Below, in pieces: positions 45,201-46,360 of a stretch of 46,360 nucleotides of DNA. The stretch spans positions 1 to 46,360 of the forward strand of contig DAOTXA010000300.1 in assembly GCA_034435595.1 (NCBI GenBank). Reading direction: 5' to 3'. A model generated the notes under the pieces. It did no database searches and was not told the DNA's origin. It was given only the letters and a program-made list of their open reading frames with translations. Every line of letters begins with the position of its first letter. The stretch's first letter is position 1. This DNA is from Anaerolineae bacterium. GTDB lineage: Bacteria; Chloroflexota; Anaerolineae; Aggregatilineales; Phototrophicaceae. The position numbers and the translations under genes are program-made.

Positions 45201-46360
45201 CGCAACGATGTGCCGCTGGGTTCGATTGTTGTGTCGGGGACTGGTCTTGGTCTGCCGGGTGCCGAAAAATCGGTGATGGATCCTGATAATGCGCAGCGCA
45301 TCTTACGCGGGGAGCAGTTTGTCGATTTGATCCCCGAACGTTTCCGCAGGAAGATTCTTGACAAGCGCATTACACGTCTCGTCAAGTCAGCGGATGGGAG
45401 TGGCGAATTTGTCACAATATCTGATCCAGATGCAGTAATTCGTCTGGCCGGTCGTTCTGGTATGTTCGACCTCCATGACGAATATGGTGTGCCCACCAAG
45501 CTGATTGAGGCACTAGACCAGACCACGCAGCTTGCTATTGCCGCAGGTCTTGACGCGCTACATGAAGCCGGTATCCCGCTTGTACAGACTTACCGAACGA
45601 CGACGACCGGTAAGCAGTTGCCGGATCGCTGGATGCTGCCAGAATCATTGCGTGATGAAACCGGTGTTATCTTTGGAAGCGCCTTCCCCGGTGGGGACCG
45701 TTTTGCCGATGAACTAAGCAGATATCATACATTCCAGAATCGACTTGATCAGCTCAGGTTGCTAGAAGATCTTCGAAAGACAGTGAGTGATGGTGTAACC
45801 CTTACGGAGATCAATCGACGTGAGGCGGAACTCCGTGAGGAATTAGAGCGCGAACCTTACTCCTTTGATCGTCGCTTTATCTTCCGCATTCTTGCAATGG
45901 GACATAGTCAATTCGCCGAGTACATAGGTGCGCGAGGTCCCAATACACATGTCAACGCCGCATGTGCAAGTACTACACAGGGAATTGCCCTTGCCGAGGA
46001 TTGGATTCGTAGCGGACGTTGCCGTCGGGTCATCGTTCTCGGTGCAGATGATGTGACCAGCGATCACTTGATGGAATGGGTTGGGGCTGGCTTCCTGGCA
46101 ACGGGGGCGGCTGCGACTGATGACCGTGTCGAGGAGGCGGCCCTGCCGTTTGATCGTCGCCGTCATGGGACCCTGTTGGGTATGGGAGCCTGTGCGCTGG
46201 TTATAGAAAGCGAGGATGCTGTTCGCGAACGTGGAATGCGTGCCATCGTTGAAGTGTTGAGCAGCGAAACGCGTAACAGCGCATATCATGGTACAAGGCT
46301 AGATGTGAATCATATCTCCATGGTAATGAGTAATCTTGTTACTTCCGCAGAGCGTAGATT
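42237..46360 (+). CDS. PUFA-synthase/type I PKS-like megasynthase, N-terminal 1374 aa (3' truncated by window edge); domain order KS-AT-KS
   Basis: This ORF is not in the supplied track because it has no stop. I translated it by hand from ATG 42237 (RBS GGAGAGG 7 nt upstream) to the last base and found no stop codon. Frame-checked motifs are KS1 Cys DAACASS (42879), His EAHGT (43281) and NIGHLK (43395). They continue with AT FPGQGSQ (44034), GHSLGEY (Ser 44313) and HAFH (44619), then KS2 NAACAST (Cys 45963). Confidence 0.9.
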   Translation, partial: MDSSADRAIAIVGVGAILPDALTAPDFWQNIINKRYSISDVPDGRWNVSDYFNPDMTVSDKTYSKIGGWVKGFEFDWRRFRIPPKVAAAMDQGQQWALTIAAEALDDYGYPARALNTERTAVILGTAMGGELHYETALRVSFPEFARLLKETPEFAALSVEARAALIDHWHAEVTRAFPPVTEDSMPGELPNVMSGRVANVLNLRGPNFITDAACASSFAALNSAVEMLTEHHVDAVLTGGVDRNMGVTTFVKFCKIGALSATGSRPFGEGADGFVMGEGSGAFLLKRLSDAERAGDKIYAVIRGVGGSSDGKGKGITAPNPVGQQLSIRRAWENAMLEPATATLIEAHGTSTRVGDVVEVESLSTVFGNAQRNSIALGSAKSNIGHLKAGAGAAGLMKATMALHHKTLPPTLNAERPNPNIDFEQSPFYLNTEPREWVRSNGTPRRAGVSAYGFGGTNFHIVLEEYVPGSLTSKVRSFPTAVANREAESGPSVTRSIMPVRGLLAIGANTPQALKNKLDDVNARVEAGWTPPAALPGEADIKARERIVIDFGDHAELVDRVHKAQKAMGFDTLQAWRALEAQGIFRGSGTRSGKTAFLFPGQGSQYLGMGRQLAAVSPIVQQVFDDADAVMEPILGRPLTDYIFVDDPDDPVAQMTLMQTEITQPAMLTLDIAIYRLLQSYGFRPDLVMGHSLGEYAALIVSGIMSFKDALEAAAARGNEMARVSVEDNGWMAAVLAPLDAVQETLKEVDGYVVPANINSRSQCVIGGASKAVEQAIALFEEKDYRAIQLPVSHAFHTEIVAPASAPLRNVLDRLDIRPPTIPLVANVTGDLYPTDVTAIKDLLQKQIASPVQWVKGLETLFHEGVRMFVEVGPKRALRGFVADVFKGNDEVLALMTNHPKTGELSAFNHAIAGLYAHGYYAAVEKKPSVTASIELPQPKLNPENEATMTAPAEPPTNASLEALTQMLTQALGRTVVQQGAATNVYDRNDVPLGSIVVSGTGLGLPGAEKSVMDPDNAQRILRGEQFVDLIPERFRRKILDKRITRLVKSADGSGEFVTISDPDAVIRLAGRSGMFDLHDEYGVPTKLIEALDQTTQLAIAAGLDALHEAGIPLVQTYRTTTTGKQLPDRWMLPESLRDETGVIFGSAFPGGDRFADELSRYHTFQNRLDQLRLLEDLRKTVSDGVTLTEINRREAELREELEREPYSFDRRFIFRILAMGHSQFAEYIGARGPNTHVNAACASTTQGIALAEDWIRSGRCRRVIVLGADDVTSDHLMEWVGAGFLATGAAATDDRVEEAALPFDRRRHGTLLGMGACALVIESEDAVRERGMRAIVEVLSSETRNSAYHGTRLDVNHISMVMSNLVTSAERR
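42252..43637 (+). other. Ketosynthase domain 1 (PfaA/HglE-like)
   Basis: Runs from [14 protein letters not shown] to [14 protein letters not shown], with a complete Cys-His-His triad. Confidence 0.85.
44019..44900 (+). other. Malonyl-CoA:ACP acyltransferase-type AT domain
   Basis: Motifs are [32 protein letters not shown] and VSHAFHT. The HAFH motif is the one usually associated with malonyl specificity. Confidence 0.85.
45222..46360 (+). other. Second ketosynthase-like domain with retained active-site Cys (truncated by window edge)
   Basis: Runs from [12 protein letters not shown] through [23 protein letters not shown] and VIVLGADD to [23 protein letters not shown]. The His residues would lie beyond the window. 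Confidence 0.75.

Noticed and set aside
42207-46289. Seven minus-strand ORFs (61-148 aa) and one plus-strand 61 aa ORF. These are the only track entries over the last 4 kb.
   Set aside because: All lie antisense to or out of frame with the continuous plus-strand frame-3 ORF, which carries clear KS, AT and KS motifs. Their translations are Arg/Ser/Pro-rich and not protein-like.
1-46360. CRISPR arrays, tRNA/rRNA genes, IS elements, integrases and prophage genes.
   Set aside because: I saw no regularly spaced direct repeats, no cloverleaf-compatible GTTCGAATC-type T-arm in any intergenic region, and no transposase, integrase or phage-like ORF. A single GGTTCGAAA near 361 lies inside the histidine kinase coding sequence.

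Overview
This 46.4 kb chromosomal window has about 35 protein-coding genes. I found no rRNA, tRNA, CRISPR array, transposase or integrase. Thr/Ser/Pro-rich envelope proteins, an LCP protein, an ECF sigma/anti-sigma pair, PFOR and mid-range GC suggest a Chloroflexota-like organism; that assignment is inference only. The gene order is as follows.

- **1-9082:** histidine kinase tail, LysM protein, LCP protein, purU on the minus strand, an OmpR-type two-component pair, and an ECF sigma factor with a zf-HC2 anti-sigma factor.
- **9148-12775:** two convergent GT4 glycosyltransferases and an acetyl-CoA hydrolase/transferase.
- **12880-15396:** a minus-strand trio of ThuA, a Gfo/Idh/MocA oxidoreductase and a TIM-barrel sugar isomerase.
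- **15478-16011:** a 530 bp gene-poor gap holding a decayed HAD-hydrolase remnant and two related palindromes.
- **16012-23931:** EEP nuclease/phosphatase, SLC13 transporter, GH13-like enzyme, lipoprotein, rhodanese, and an overlapping AlbA_2 (Schlafen-like)/ICMT-like pair.
- **24321-28900:** nifJ-type PFOR tightly followed by a dihydroorotate-dehydrogenase-like paralog.
- **28979-38428:** a ten-gene envelope glycoconjugate or lipid modification cluster. It contains a GtrB/ArnC-type GT2, an LbH acyltransferase, a flippase-like UPF0104 protein, a YdjM-like membrane hydrolase, two SAM methyltransferases, a GT4, a GlpD-like FAD oxidoreductase and an SDR epimerase.
- **38584-40281:** an orphan MutS-domain-V paralog.
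- **40470-42113:** a long-form acyl-CoA dehydrogenase.
- **42237 to the window end:** a more than 4.1 kb open-ended ORF that is absent from the supplied ORF track.

That last ORF is the most interesting item. It encodes a PUFA/PKS-like megasynthase with domain order KS-AT-KS and no carrier domain between them. Start codons were refined where an RBS or homolog N-termini supported it. All functional calls rest on motifs I recognised by eye, not on database searches.
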